Of a stretch of DNA of 64,000 nt, positions 27,426-36,127 are shown in pieces. Position 1 is the stretch's first letter. The number at the start of each line of letters is the position of its first letter. The DNA comes from Solirubrobacterales bacterium (lineage in GTDB: Bacteria; Actinomycetota; Thermoleophilia; Solirubrobacterales; JACPNS01), in the NCBI GenBank assembly GCA_051306435.1, contig JBPPNF010000006.1, positions 834 through 64,833 on the forward strand, in the 5' to 3' direction. Position numbers and translations under genes: made by a program. The notes under the pieces were generated by a model. It had not been told where the DNA came from and did no database searches. It saw only the letters and a program-made list of their open reading frames with translations.

Positions 27426-28922
27426 ATGTCCACTGAACTGAAGGCCGATCCCGACGCATTGAAGTTTGCCGCCGGCGATCACCACATGCTGATCGGAGGC
27501 GACTGGGTGCACGCCGCGTCAGGCAAGACTTTCACCACGCCCAACCCGGCCACCGGCGAGGTGCTCGCGACCGTCCCGGCCGGCAACTCCGAAGACATCG
27601 ACCGCGCCGTGAAGACCGCACGCGCGGCATTTGAGACCGGTCCTTGGAGCCGCATGACGCCCTCCGAGCGCGGCCGCGCGATCCACAAGATCGGCGACCT
27701 GATCCTCGAGCACGCCGACGAACTCGCGACGCTCGAATCGCTCGACAACGGCAAGCCCTATGCGATCGCCCGCGCGGCGGACGTGCCGCTTTCCGCCGAT
27801 CTCTTCCACTACATGAGCGGTTGGTGCACGCGCTCGCAGGGTGAGTCGATCGTGCCGTCGGTGCCGTACATGCCGGGCGCCGAGTTTCACGCCTACTCGC
27901 TGAAGGAGCCGGTCGGCGTGGTTGGTCAGATCATCCCCTGGAACTTCCCGCTGCTGATGGCGGCATGGAAGCTCGGACCGGCGCTCGCCGCCGGATGCAC
28001 AGTGATCTGGAAGCCCGCCGAGCAGACGCCGCTATCGGCCCTGCGTCTCGGCGAGATCATCCTCGAGGCCGGCATCCCCGAGGGCGTCGTCAACGTCGTG
28101 ACCGGGTTCGGCGAGGACGCCGGCGCGCCGCTCGCGGCGCACGACGACGTCGACAAGGTCGCCTTCACGGGATCGACCGAGGTCGGCAAGCTGATCGTGC
28201 AGGCGGCATCGGGCAACCTCAAGAAGGTCTCGCTCGAGCTCGGCGGCAAGTCGCCGAACATCGTCTATGCCGACGCCGACATGGAGACGGCGATCCCCGG
28301 GGCGGCGGGCGCGATCTTCTTCAACCACGGGCAGTGCTGCGCTGCCGGATCGCGGCTCTTCGCAGAGAAGTCGGTGTTCGATGACGTCGCTCAGGGCGTC
28401 GCCGACGCTGCAAAGAAGATCCGCGTGGGCCCGGGGCTCGACCCCGCAACCGAGATGGGGCCGCTGGTCTCGCACGACCAGATGTCCCGGGTCTGTCGCT
28501 TCCTCGACGAGGGCGCCCGTGACGGCGCAACAGCTCTCGCCGGTGGTGGCCGCCACGGGGAAGAGGGCTACTTCGTGCAGCCGACGGTGCTGACGGACAC
28601 CTCCAACGACATGTCGGTCGTCCGTGAGGAGATCTTCGGCCCGGTGGTGACGGTGATCCCGTTCGACTCCGCCGAAACAATCCGCCAGCCCGCAAATGAC
28701 TCAGATTTCGGTCTGGCCGCGGGAATCTGGACGAACGACCTCTCCAAGGCCCACCGCACGGCCCGCCAGCTGCGCGCCGGAACGGTGTGGATCAACTGTT
28801 ACAACGTGTTCGACGCGGCGCTGCCATTCGGCGGCTACAAGCAGTCGGGCTGGGGACGGGAGATGGGCCACGAAGCGATGGAGCTCTACACCGAAACCAA
28901 GGCAGTGTGCGCTCAGCTCTGA
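27426..28922 (+). CDS. NAD(P)+-dependent aldehyde dehydrogenase
   Basis: The start is moved to ATG 27426 (RBS GGAGAGGA). FTGSTEVG, ELGGKSP and the catalytic region NHGQCCAAGSR are present, and the length and termini are typical of the ALDH superfamily. Confidence 0.9.
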   Translation: MSTELKADPDALKFAAGDHHMLIGGDWVHAASGKTFTTPNPATGEVLATVPAGNSEDIDRAVKTARAAFETGPWSRMTPSERGRAIHKIGDLILEHADELATLESLDNGKPYAIARAADVPLSADLFHYMSGWCTRSQGESIVPSVPYMPGAEFHAYSLKEPVGVVGQIIPWNFPLLMAAWKLGPALAAGCTVIWKPAEQTPLSALRLGEIILEAGIPEGVVNVVTGFGEDAGAPLAAHDDVDKVAFTGSTEVGKLIVQAASGNLKKVSLELGGKSPNIVYADADMETAIPGAAGAIFFNHGQCCAAGSRLFAEKSVFDDVAQGVADAAKKIRVGPGLDPATEMGPLVSHDQMSRVCRFLDEGARDGATALAGGGRHGEEGYFVQPTVLTDTSNDMSVVREEIFGPVVTVIPFDSAETIRQPANDSDFGLAAGIWTNDLSKAHRTARQLRAGTVWINCYNVFDAALPFGGYKQSGWGREMGHEAMELYTETKAVCAQL

Positions 28923-29068
28923 GAATCCAGCTGAATTGCGCTACGCGATGAGCCCACCACCGGCGGCGCCACGCCATCCCCCGCAAACGGCGCCGCCGGC
29001 TCATCGCCCCGAGCAGGTTGAAAACCGGCACCAGGGGAGCAGCAGCCGAGATGCTCCATCGACCTTGT

Positions 29069-29314
29069 GCTGCGCACCTCTGGTGAGCGGCGGGAGTTCG
29101 CGCCGAGAAACCGCTTGTTCATGGGGTTGCGTGCTGCACACCTCTGGCGTGCAACGCGCCCTTGGATGGGCTGCGCCGGAGGGCGGAGGCGAACAGCATC
29201 AATGCCGCAATCGACCCAGCCCGTCGCTGCACACCAGAGGTGTGCAGCACCAAACCGCTCAACAGAGGCTTCCTTTGGTATCAAAACACCGTTGCACACC
29301 AGAGGTGTGCAACG
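29069..29314. repeat. four-hairpin repeat module, copy B (same order, orientation and spacing as copy A)
   Basis: Hairpins at 29069-29091, 29131-29157 (TCT loops), 29226-29248 (GCTGCACACC-AGA-GGTGTGCAGC, identical to 25861-25883) and 29290-29314 (CGTTGCACACC-AGA-GGTGTGCAACG). Inter-hairpin gaps are 39/68/41 nt, against 37/68/40 nt in copy A. Confidence 0.85.
29290..29314 (-). terminator. intrinsic terminator of the VWA gene (hairpin 4 of module B)
   Basis: On the minus strand, a perfect 11-bp stem is followed by GUGUUUUGA, 18 nt after the stop codon at 29332-29334. Confidence 0.65.
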
Positions 29315-29331
29315 CGAGCGTGGGTGTTGGG

Positions 29332-30792
29332 TCAGCGGGGGCGGACGGCGGTCAGTTCTCGGACGAACTCTTCGAGCTGTTTGCTGGTCCAGCACTCGAA
29401 GACGCCGTCGCAGAACCTTTTGTACACCCCGATCACGGAGTCCCCGTAGTTCCAGTAAAGCCGTGGCTCAGGATTCAGCCAGAAACTCCGGCCGGCCTTC
29501 TCGGTCACCTTGCCAAAAAGGTCCGCGCGCGGTTCGCGGCCGTTGGTCCGAGCGTCGCCGAGGACGATCACCGTCGAGCGGGGATCGAGGTCTGCTGCAA
29601 CCTGGTCATAGAAGTCGATCCACACGCGGCCGTAGTCGGTGTAGCCCGAGATGTCGGCAACGCCGGCAGTGTTCGAGATCTTCTCGGATGCAGCCTTGAA
29701 TGATCGCTCCTGCTCGAAGACATCAGTCACCTCGGCAACCCGCTCGATGAAAACGAACGTGCGCAGTCGCTTGAAACTGTCGTGCAGCGCATGCAGGATC
29801 GACAGAAAGAACACGCTCGCGCTGGTCACGCTGGTCGAGACGTCGCAGAGCACATAGAGCTCTGGTCTGCGCGGGCGGCGTGGGCGGTATCGAAGGTCGA
29901 TCGGCACGCCACCCGTCTCAAGTGAAGCGCGCATCGTCTGACGCACGTCGATCGGGCCGCTGCGGTTGTGGCCGCGCTGCTCGAGCCCCTGGGTGGCCAT
30001 CGCGCGCTTGAGCATCTTCACCGACCGGTGCACGGCCGCAAGATCCTGAGATCCACCGGACGGCAGCGCGCGGTTCATCTCGTTCAGCGGGCGCGCCGTT
30101 GGCAGTTCGCCGGTCTCGGAGATCATCCGTGCCTCCAGCTCGCGCCGCACGTGTTGCTCGAACTTCTGCAACTGTTTGCGCAGGTCTTCGCCCTCGGCAC
30201 CCGGCGGGAGGTCCTGCGAGCGCAGCTCCAGCTGTCGCCGGACGCGCTGCACATCCACACCGACGACGCCGCTGCTGGCGCCGCCGGCAAGAGTCATGAT
30301 CGCGAGCCGGGCAAGATCGCGCAGCGTGGCATCGCTGCCGCTCTCGAGCGCTTCCATGATCGCTTCGCGCAGCGCCTCGACATCGATCTGCGTGTCGCCC
30401 TCACCGCCTTCTCCGAGCTGTGGATCACCGTCCTCGCCCTCGCGTTGAGCGCCCTCGGCCTGTGCTCCGTCCTGCTCGCCGCGGGCATGTTCACGCGCAG
30501 CCTCAGCCTCGGTGGCGCGGAAGAAGTAGCGGTCAAAGACGGCAGCAAACAGCGTGCGGTCCTCCTGCGACTTGGCGATCGTCGCGGACATCGCCTCGCG
30601 GAAGGCGGCTCGATCGGTCCAGTCGACTTCACCGAGAGCATCGAACGCGTCGAGCAGTTCGGACGTGCCGACAGCCATCCCTTCGTCACGCAGCTCGCGT
30701 GCGAAGTCAACCACCAGCGGGCCGACTCCCGCGGCGTCGCCGCTCGGTCCGCCGGAAGTGAACCGGGCCCACGCGGGAACGCCGGCGTTCAC
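29332..30792 (-). CDS. VWA domain protein, CoxE-like
   Basis: The C-terminal half (YVLCDVSTSVTSASVFFLSILHAL...VIVLGDARTNG...SFWLNPEPRLYWNYGDS) matches the VWA_CoxE pattern with a MIDAS-like DxSxS. Lies 9 nt downstream of a MoxR ATPase gene. Confidence 0.8.
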   Translation of the reverse strand: MNAGVPAWARFTSGGPSGDAAGVGPLVVDFARELRDEGMAVGTSELLDAFDALGEVDWTDRAAFREAMSATIAKSQEDRTLFAAVFDRYFFRATEAEAAREHARGEQDGAQAEGAQREGEDGDPQLGEGGEGDTQIDVEALREAIMEALESGSDATLRDLARLAIMTLAGGASSGVVGVDVQRVRRQLELRSQDLPPGAEGEDLRKQLQKFEQHVRRELEARMISETGELPTARPLNEMNRALPSGGSQDLAAVHRSVKMLKRAMATQGLEQRGHNRSGPIDVRQTMRASLETGGVPIDLRYRPRRPRRPELYVLCDVSTSVTSASVFFLSILHALHDSFKRLRTFVFIERVAEVTDVFEQERSFKAASEKISNTAGVADISGYTDYGRVWIDFYDQVAADLDPRSTVIVLGDARTNGREPRADLFGKVTEKAGRSFWLNPEPRLYWNYGDSVIGVYKRFCDGVFECWTSKQLEEFVRELTAVRPR

Positions 30793-30801
30793 GGTCTTCC
30801 C

Positions 30802-31743
30802 CTAAGCCGCCGGCCGCGGGCCGCCGAGCGAGGCCGGGGACTTGTCGAGTTTCATGCCGACGCGCTCGGCAACGAGATCCATGTCGGTGCGGTGCTTGAC
30901 GATGATGCTCATCGTGTCCTCAAAGGTCTTGCGGTCGATCTGATCGGCGCCCAGCAGCAACAGCGTGCGTGCCCAATCGATCGATTCGCTGATGCTCGGC
31001 GGCTTCTTCACATCGAGCTCGCGGACCATCCTGATCACCTCGACCAGCCGTGCGGCGACGCGCTCTTCGAGCTCGGGAACGTGCATGCGCACGATTTCGA
31101 TTTCACGCGAGTTCTCGGGGTAGTCGAGCCAGAGGTAGAGGCAGCGGCGCTTTAGCGCCTCGGTCAGCTCGCGCGAGTCGTTGCTGGTGAGAAGCACGAT
31201 CGGGTGTGTTGTCGCCTCGACAACGCCGAGCTCCGGAATTGAAACTTGGAAGTCCGAGAGGATCTCGAGCAGCAGCGCCTCGAACTCGTGGTCGGTCTTG
31301 TCGATCTCGTCGATCAGCAGGACGACCGGGTCGGGCGAGGCGATCGCCTGCAGGAGCGGCCGCGTGAGCAGGAACTCCTCGGAGAAGATGTTGTCCTGGA
31401 CCGAGTCCCAGGCGGCGTCGTCGCTGCCGGCCGCCGCGCCGCTCTGAATGCGCAGGAGCTGCTTCTTGTAGTTCCACTCGTAGAGGGCTTTGGCTTCATC
31501 CACGCCTTCGTAACACTGCAGGCGGATCAGCTCGCGACCCGTGAAGCGGGCGAGGGCCTTCGCCAGCTCGGTCTTGCCGACTCCGGCGGGACCCTCCACG
31601 AGGATCGGCTTGCCGAGTTTGACGGCGAGGTAGCTGACGAGCGATGTTGTCTCGTCGGGCAGGTATCCGACAGAGTGGAGGCCGGCGCCGACGGCTTCCG
31701 GTGAGCTCAGATCGGCAGCGTCGGGGGCGGGGGAAATCGACAT
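30802..31743 (-). CDS. MoxR-family AAA+ ATPase (CoxD-like)
   Basis: Walker A GPAGVGKT, Walker B LLIDEIDK, and the conserved RLQCYEGVDEAKALYEWNY and LKRRCLYLWLDYP blocks of CoxD/MoxR proteins are present. Confidence 0.88.
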   Translation of the reverse strand: MSISPAPDAADLSSPEAVGAGLHSVGYLPDETTSLVSYLAVKLGKPILVEGPAGVGKTELAKALARFTGRELIRLQCYEGVDEAKALYEWNYKKQLLRIQSGAAAGSDDAAWDSVQDNIFSEEFLLTRPLLQAIASPDPVVLLIDEIDKTDHEFEALLLEILSDFQVSIPELGVVEATTHPIVLLTSNDSRELTEALKRRCLYLWLDYPENSREIEIVRMHVPELEERVAARLVEVIRMVRELDVKKPPSISESIDWARTLLLLGADQIDRKTFEDTMSIIVKHRTDMDLVAERVGMKLDKSPASLGGPRPAA

Positions 31744-31768
31744 GAGCCGATGGTATCCCCGCGGCAGA

Positions 31769-32221
31769 TCACGGCGCGAAGTCGTGCTCGTACCACTGCG
31801 GCCCCTCGTTCCAGCGGATGATCATCCCCGACAGGAACAGCGCCATGCAACCAAGAACCACGATGATTCCGCTGCGCGTGTCGGCGCCGTCAAACAGCGC
31901 GTTGCCCAGCGCGATCGTGGCAGTCCAGAGCCCACCGGCAGCGAGCAGCGTGCCGTCGGCGAAGGGACTCGTGAACTGCACAGACTCGACGTAGCGGGCG
32001 ATCATCCGCAGGCACGACACCCCGACCAGAACCTGCGCAGCCTCGATCCAACCGAAGTCGGGGAAGCTCAGGAGCGAGCCGATGATCACGATCATCGCCC
32101 CCGCCAGGGCCACGCGCCGCCAGTTGTCAAGCTGGCGAAAGTGCGAGAACGGCAGCAGCAGGATGCGCAGTCCGCGCTCGTGCTCTGGTCGTGTCGCGCG
32201 CCTGGCCATCGCTTCAGGCAC
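31769..32221 (-). CDS. hypothetical 4-TM membrane protein
   Basis: 150 aa with four hydrophobic segments. 8-nt overlap with the upstream gene. No family recognised. Confidence 0.5.
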   Translation of the reverse strand: MPEAMARRATRPEHERGLRILLLPFSHFRQLDNWRRVALAGAMIVIIGSLLSFPDFGWIEAAQVLVGVSCLRMIARYVESVQFTSPFADGTLLAAGGLWTATIALGNALFDGADTRSGIIVVLGCMALFLSGMIIRWNEGPQWYEHDFAP

Positions 32222-33404
32222 CGGGCAGGGCCAGCCTCGAGATGCGGCTGCCGTTGGACATGTAGATGTAGCGGTCGTTGGCGATCAGGTCCCAGCCGGT
32301 GCGCCCGCGCGCCGTGTTTGCGGTGCTGAGCTTGCGCGACTTGATGTCGTAGCGCCTGAGCGAGCTCTCGGCGAAGATCCCGAAGAAGACGTCATCGCGC
32401 CACGAGCCGGCCTGCTTCGACTTCGGGATCGCGACACCCGAGGGCGTGCCGGTGAGCTTGAGCACCGGCCTTCCGTCACCCGTGCCACCGCAGTCCGTGC
32501 GCGGCGGCTCCCAGCCGTAGTTCACGCCGGACCGGACGATGTCGATCTCGTCACAGTCGTCGCCGGGCTCGGCCACCCACATGCGGTTGGCGCGGTCCCA
32601 GTCGAATGAGTACGGGTTGCGCAGGCCGCAGGCGAAGATGCGCCCGTCTTCGATCTTGCGCTGCGCCGAGTTGTCGGCGTTTCCGCACGTCGTCGGGTTG
32701 CCCGCCGCGCCACGGTTGGTGGCGCTGGGGTCGAGGCGGAGGATCTTGCCGTAGGGCACCGACAGGCTCTGCGCGCGGCTCGGACCCTTCTCGGGATCGT
32801 CGTTCTGGCCCAGGTCGCCGAGGCCCAGATAGAGCGCGCCGTCGGGCCCGAAGTGAAGGCCGCCACCGACGTGGTTTGACGCGTCGCTCGGGTGACCTGA
32901 AGAGAAGATCAGCTTGTCGGCCTTGAGCTTGCCGCCGGAGGGGCGGAAACGCCAGACGCAGTGGGCGTTGATGTTGCCGCTGCTTGAAGCGTTGGTGGGA
33001 TCAGGGCAGCCGCTGCGCGAAGTTGTGTAGTAGGCAAAGACGTTGCCGTTGCTGTCGCCGGCAAGGCCCAGCAGCCCGGGTTCGCCACCGCCGGCCACGC
33101 CGAGGTTCGCGAGCGTCGTCTTCTTGCCGCGCGCGACGCGCATGATCTTGCCCTCGTCCTTCTCTGCGTAGAGCAGGCGACCCTTGTTGTCGAAAGCGAG
33201 CCCGACCGCCGCAGAGAGGCCGCTGACATAAGTCTTGGCCGACGCCGCCATGACCCCCGTGGGAGCGGACGGTTCCGCGTCTTTGGCATTGCCGCTTGAG
33301 CAGGCCCAGAGAAAGACGGCTGCAAACACGACGAGCGACGCGCCCAGCGCCGCGCGTCCGCGTTTGATCGATCGGAAGCTCAACAATCTCGAATTCACGG
33401 TCAC
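32214..33404 (-). CDS. secreted PQQ-dependent sugar dehydrogenase-like beta-propeller (sGDH/GSDH family) lipoprotein, copy 1
   Basis: Signal peptide with lipobox (FLWAC). GLLGLAGD, GGGLHFGPDGALYLGLGD, YGKILRLD, GLRNPYSFDWD and DEIDIVRSGVNYGW match the glucose/sorbosone dehydrogenase pattern. Confidence 0.78.
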   Translation of the reverse strand: MTVNSRLLSFRSIKRGRAALGASLVVFAAVFLWACSSGNAKDAEPSAPTGVMAASAKTYVSGLSAAVGLAFDNKGRLLYAEKDEGKIMRVARGKKTTLANLGVAGGGEPGLLGLAGDSNGNVFAYYTTSRSGCPDPTNASSSGNINAHCVWRFRPSGGKLKADKLIFSSGHPSDASNHVGGGLHFGPDGALYLGLGDLGQNDDPEKGPSRAQSLSVPYGKILRLDPSATNRGAAGNPTTCGNADNSAQRKIEDGRIFACGLRNPYSFDWDRANRMWVAEPGDDCDEIDIVRSGVNYGWEPPRTDCGGTGDGRPVLKLTGTPSGVAIPKSKQAGSWRDDVFFGIFAESSLRRYDIKSRKLSTANTARGRTGWDLIANDRYIYMSNGSRISRLALPGA

Positions 33405-34561
33405 CGTAGGTTGAGGCGCGAAATCTCGTCGCCGTTGGACATGTACAGATAATGGTCGGTCGCAAGCAACGACCAGCCAGCTTGTCCAGACGTGCCTCGG
33501 ACGGTGCTCAACTTCTTGCTCCGGATTCCGTACTGCTTGATCAGACTATCCCTGAAGACGCCGAAAAAAACGTCACCACGGGCGCTTCCTGCTGCCTTTG
33601 ACTTCGGGATCGCCACTCCTGAGGGCGTCGGCGCGTTGCGAAGCGAGAGCCTCGGCCTGCCAGCTCCGCTTCCGGCGCAGTCGGTTCGCGGAGGCTGCCA
33701 GCCGTAGTTGACGCCCCGCGTGACGACATTGAGCTCGTCGCAGTTGTCGCCGACGTCGGCGACCCAGAGCCGCCCGAGCAGGTCGAAGTCGAAGCTGTAA
33801 GGGTTGCGAAAGCCGCAGGCGAAGATGCGTGGATCGGTGACTTCGCGCTGCACAGAATTGTCCGCGCTGCCGCACGTCTCAGGGTTACCGGCCGCGCCGC
33901 GGTTGGTCGCGTTCGCATCGAGGCGCAGAATCTTGCCGAAGGGAACGCCCGGGTCCTGCGAGCGGTTCGGCCCGAGGCTCGGGCTGTCGTCGTCGCCGAG
34001 GTCCCCGATACCCAGGTAGAGCGCGCCGTCGGGGCCGAAGCGCATCCCGCCACCGAAGTGGGTGCGCCAGGCGCTCGGATGACCGGAGGAGAAGATCAGC
34101 TTGTCCGGCTTCAGGACCGCGCCGGAGGGCCGGAAGCGCCAAACGCAGATCGCGTTGACGAGGACGGGGTCGCTGATCGCCCGGATGGGATCGGGGCAGC
34201 CGGCGCTTGAGGTGGTGTAGGACGCCCAGACCCTGCCCTTGTTGTCGGCGGCAAGGCCGAGCAGCCCGGGCTCGATGTTGGATGAGACAGACAGACGTGC
34301 AAGCAGACGCTTCTTGCCGCCTGCCACGCGCACGATCTCGCCGCGGACGTGTTCGCCGAAGAGCAGCCGGCCGCGCTGGTCCATGGCCAGGCCTACCGCG
34401 GCTTCGGCGCGGACAATCCGTTTGGTCGATGCTTCGGCGGCGGGCGCGAGGAGCAGGCAGATCAGGATCGTGAGAGTCGATGCGCAAGCACGCGCGCTGC
34501 GAGGCTCAGTCAATCGGGATGTTTTCCATTTCGAAGTCGGACTCGCGCCGGCGGTTGTCAA
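33401..34561 (-). CDS. secreted PQQ-dependent sugar dehydrogenase-like beta-propeller, copy 2 (tandem paralog)
   Basis: Shows the same motif series (GGGMRFGPDGALYLGIGD, FGKILRLD, GFRNPYSFDFD, DELNVVTRGVNYGW). 4-nt overlap with copy 1. The ATG at 34561 overlaps the upstream gene by 56 nt; TTG 34513 is an alternative start. Confidence 0.75.
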   Translation of the reverse strand: MTTAGASPTSKWKTSRLTEPRSARACASTLTILICLLLAPAAEASTKRIVRAEAAVGLAMDQRGRLLFGEHVRGEIVRVAGGKKRLLARLSVSSNIEPGLLGLAADNKGRVWASYTTSSAGCPDPIRAISDPVLVNAICVWRFRPSGAVLKPDKLIFSSGHPSAWRTHFGGGMRFGPDGALYLGIGDLGDDDSPSLGPNRSQDPGVPFGKILRLDANATNRGAAGNPETCGSADNSVQREVTDPRIFACGFRNPYSFDFDLLGRLWVADVGDNCDELNVVTRGVNYGWQPPRTDCAGSGAGRPRLSLRNAPTPSGVAIPKSKAAGSARGDVFFGVFRDSLIKQYGIRSKKLSTVRGTSGQAGWSLLATDHYLYMSNGDEISRLNLR

Positions 34562-34910
34562 TCCGCTCGATCATTGCGTCGATCACGTCGCGGAGCACGA
34601 CGAGCAGGTCACGCAGCGCGTGCTCGAGCCGACGTCGGGTCTCGGGCGAGAGCGAATCGCCGGCGACGCCGCCGAGGCTTTCGAGAATGCGGGTTATGCC
34701 GTCGACGAGACCGCGGTCAAAGCCGGGTTGCTGAGCGCCGGCGCCGGCGTAGTCGGCGTACGGGTCGTACTCGCCGCGCGGGTGACCTTCGTAGCCGCTG
34801 TAGGGTTCGCCGGCGTCGGTTGGCTCGCGGTCGCGGATGAAGTCGTCGAAGTCGTCAATTCCGTCGCCTCCGGCACCGTTGCCGCCGCCTTTGGGCGTGT
34901 CCTGACTCAA
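34506..34910 (-). CDS. small acidic hypothetical protein (disordered Gly/Asp/Tyr-rich N-half, helical C-half)
   Basis: 134 aa. ATGA overlap with the upstream ArsA-like gene implies translational coupling. No family recognised. Confidence 0.5.
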   Translation of the reverse strand: MSQDTPKGGGNGAGGDGIDDFDDFIRDREPTDAGEPYSGYEGHPRGEYDPYADYAGAGAQQPGFDRGLVDGITRILESLGGVAGDSLSPETRRRLEHALRDLLVVLRDVIDAMIERIDNRRRESDFEMENIPID

Positions 34911-36112
34911 GAAACTGCCTCCGCTGTGCGCTCGACGCGGGCGAACTCGATCCGCAGGCGGCCATCCTCGACGCGCGCGCCGCTGGGCCTGAAGCCGGTC
35001 ATCGAGTTGGGCAGCATGATCGTGCGCTTCTGATCGCCGACACGGACGACGACTTCCAGTCCAATCTTGTTCAACCCGATGTCCCCCTTCTCGACGAATG
35101 GAAGCGACAACAGCAGATGCGCGCTGTCGTCCTCGATGACGATTTCCTGGATGATTGTGTCAAACAGGACCTGTGACGCCTCGGTGCCGTCTTCAAACAA
35201 CTTGTCACCGAGCCGCGTGAGCATCTTCTCGCCGACCACTTCCTCGTCAAAGTAGGGCGCGGTGCGCACGGGCACCGGCGAAAACGAGTCCCGCACGCTG
35301 ACGAGGTTCTCCTGCTGGGCCTCGCGCCAGCTCGCGAAGTAGCCCTCGGCCGTCTCTTCGGGGAAGAGGCGGTTGACGATCACGGCGTCGGTCAGATAGC
35401 CGTAGAGATTCAGATACGTGAAGGTGCGCATCGCCTCGCTGATGACCATCTTGTCCGGCGTCATCACCAGGCGCAGGCTGGTGTTCGCGTGGTCGCGCAG
35501 AATGTCGTTCATCGCCACAAGGCTGCCGACCAGGCGCTCGACTTCGTTGTAGACCTCCTTGTCGGGAAGTGGAATGTCGAGAAAGGCCTTGGCGACGGGC
35601 CGCGCCGCGCTGATCAGGCGGCGCTCCCACGGGAAGACCTTTTCGATCCACCACTGGGCGACGTCGGGGAAGCTCAGCAGGCGCAGCGTCTCGCCGGTGG
35701 GCGCGCAGTCGACGATGATCACGTCATAGGCGCCGGAGTCGTGGTGGTCCTTGATCTGGAGCAGCGCGAAGAGCTCGTCAAAGCCGGGCGGCACGGTCAG
35801 CTCTTCAGCGGTGATGCGCTCGAGGCCGCGGTCGGACAGGAGCTCCGTCAGCCAGCTCTGCACCGCCGACCAGTGGCGCTCCATCTCTTCGTTGGCCTGG
35901 ACCTGCTGGGCGAAGAGGTACGGTTCGACCTCACGGGGCGCGGCGTCGAGCGGGACGTCAAGCGAGTCGGCGAGGCTGTGCGCGGGGTCCGTGCTCATGA
36001 CGATTGTGCGCAGGCCGCTGCGAGCGCAGGCAAGTGCGGTCGCCGTGGCGACGCTCGTCTTGCCGACGCCGCCCTTGCCCGTGTACAAGATCGTGCGCGG
36101 TGTCACCCGCAC
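34907..36112 (-). CDS. ArsA/Get3-family P-loop ATPase
   Basis: Deviant Walker A GKGGVGKTS followed by VMSTDPAHSLADSL, the ArsA/Get3 signature. Single-domain protein of ~400 aa. Confidence 0.82.
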   Translation of the reverse strand: MRVTPRTILYTGKGGVGKTSVATATALACARSGLRTIVMSTDPAHSLADSLDVPLDAAPREVEPYLFAQQVQANEEMERHWSAVQSWLTELLSDRGLERITAEELTVPPGFDELFALLQIKDHHDSGAYDVIIVDCAPTGETLRLLSFPDVAQWWIEKVFPWERRLISAARPVAKAFLDIPLPDKEVYNEVERLVGSLVAMNDILRDHANTSLRLVMTPDKMVISEAMRTFTYLNLYGYLTDAVIVNRLFPEETAEGYFASWREAQQENLVSVRDSFSPVPVRTAPYFDEEVVGEKMLTRLGDKLFEDGTEASQVLFDTIIQEIVIEDDSAHLLLSLPFVEKGDIGLNKIGLEVVVRVGDQKRTIMLPNSMTGFRPSGARVEDGRLRIEFARVERTAEAVS

Positions 36113-36127
36113 GATTATTCCATGCGA

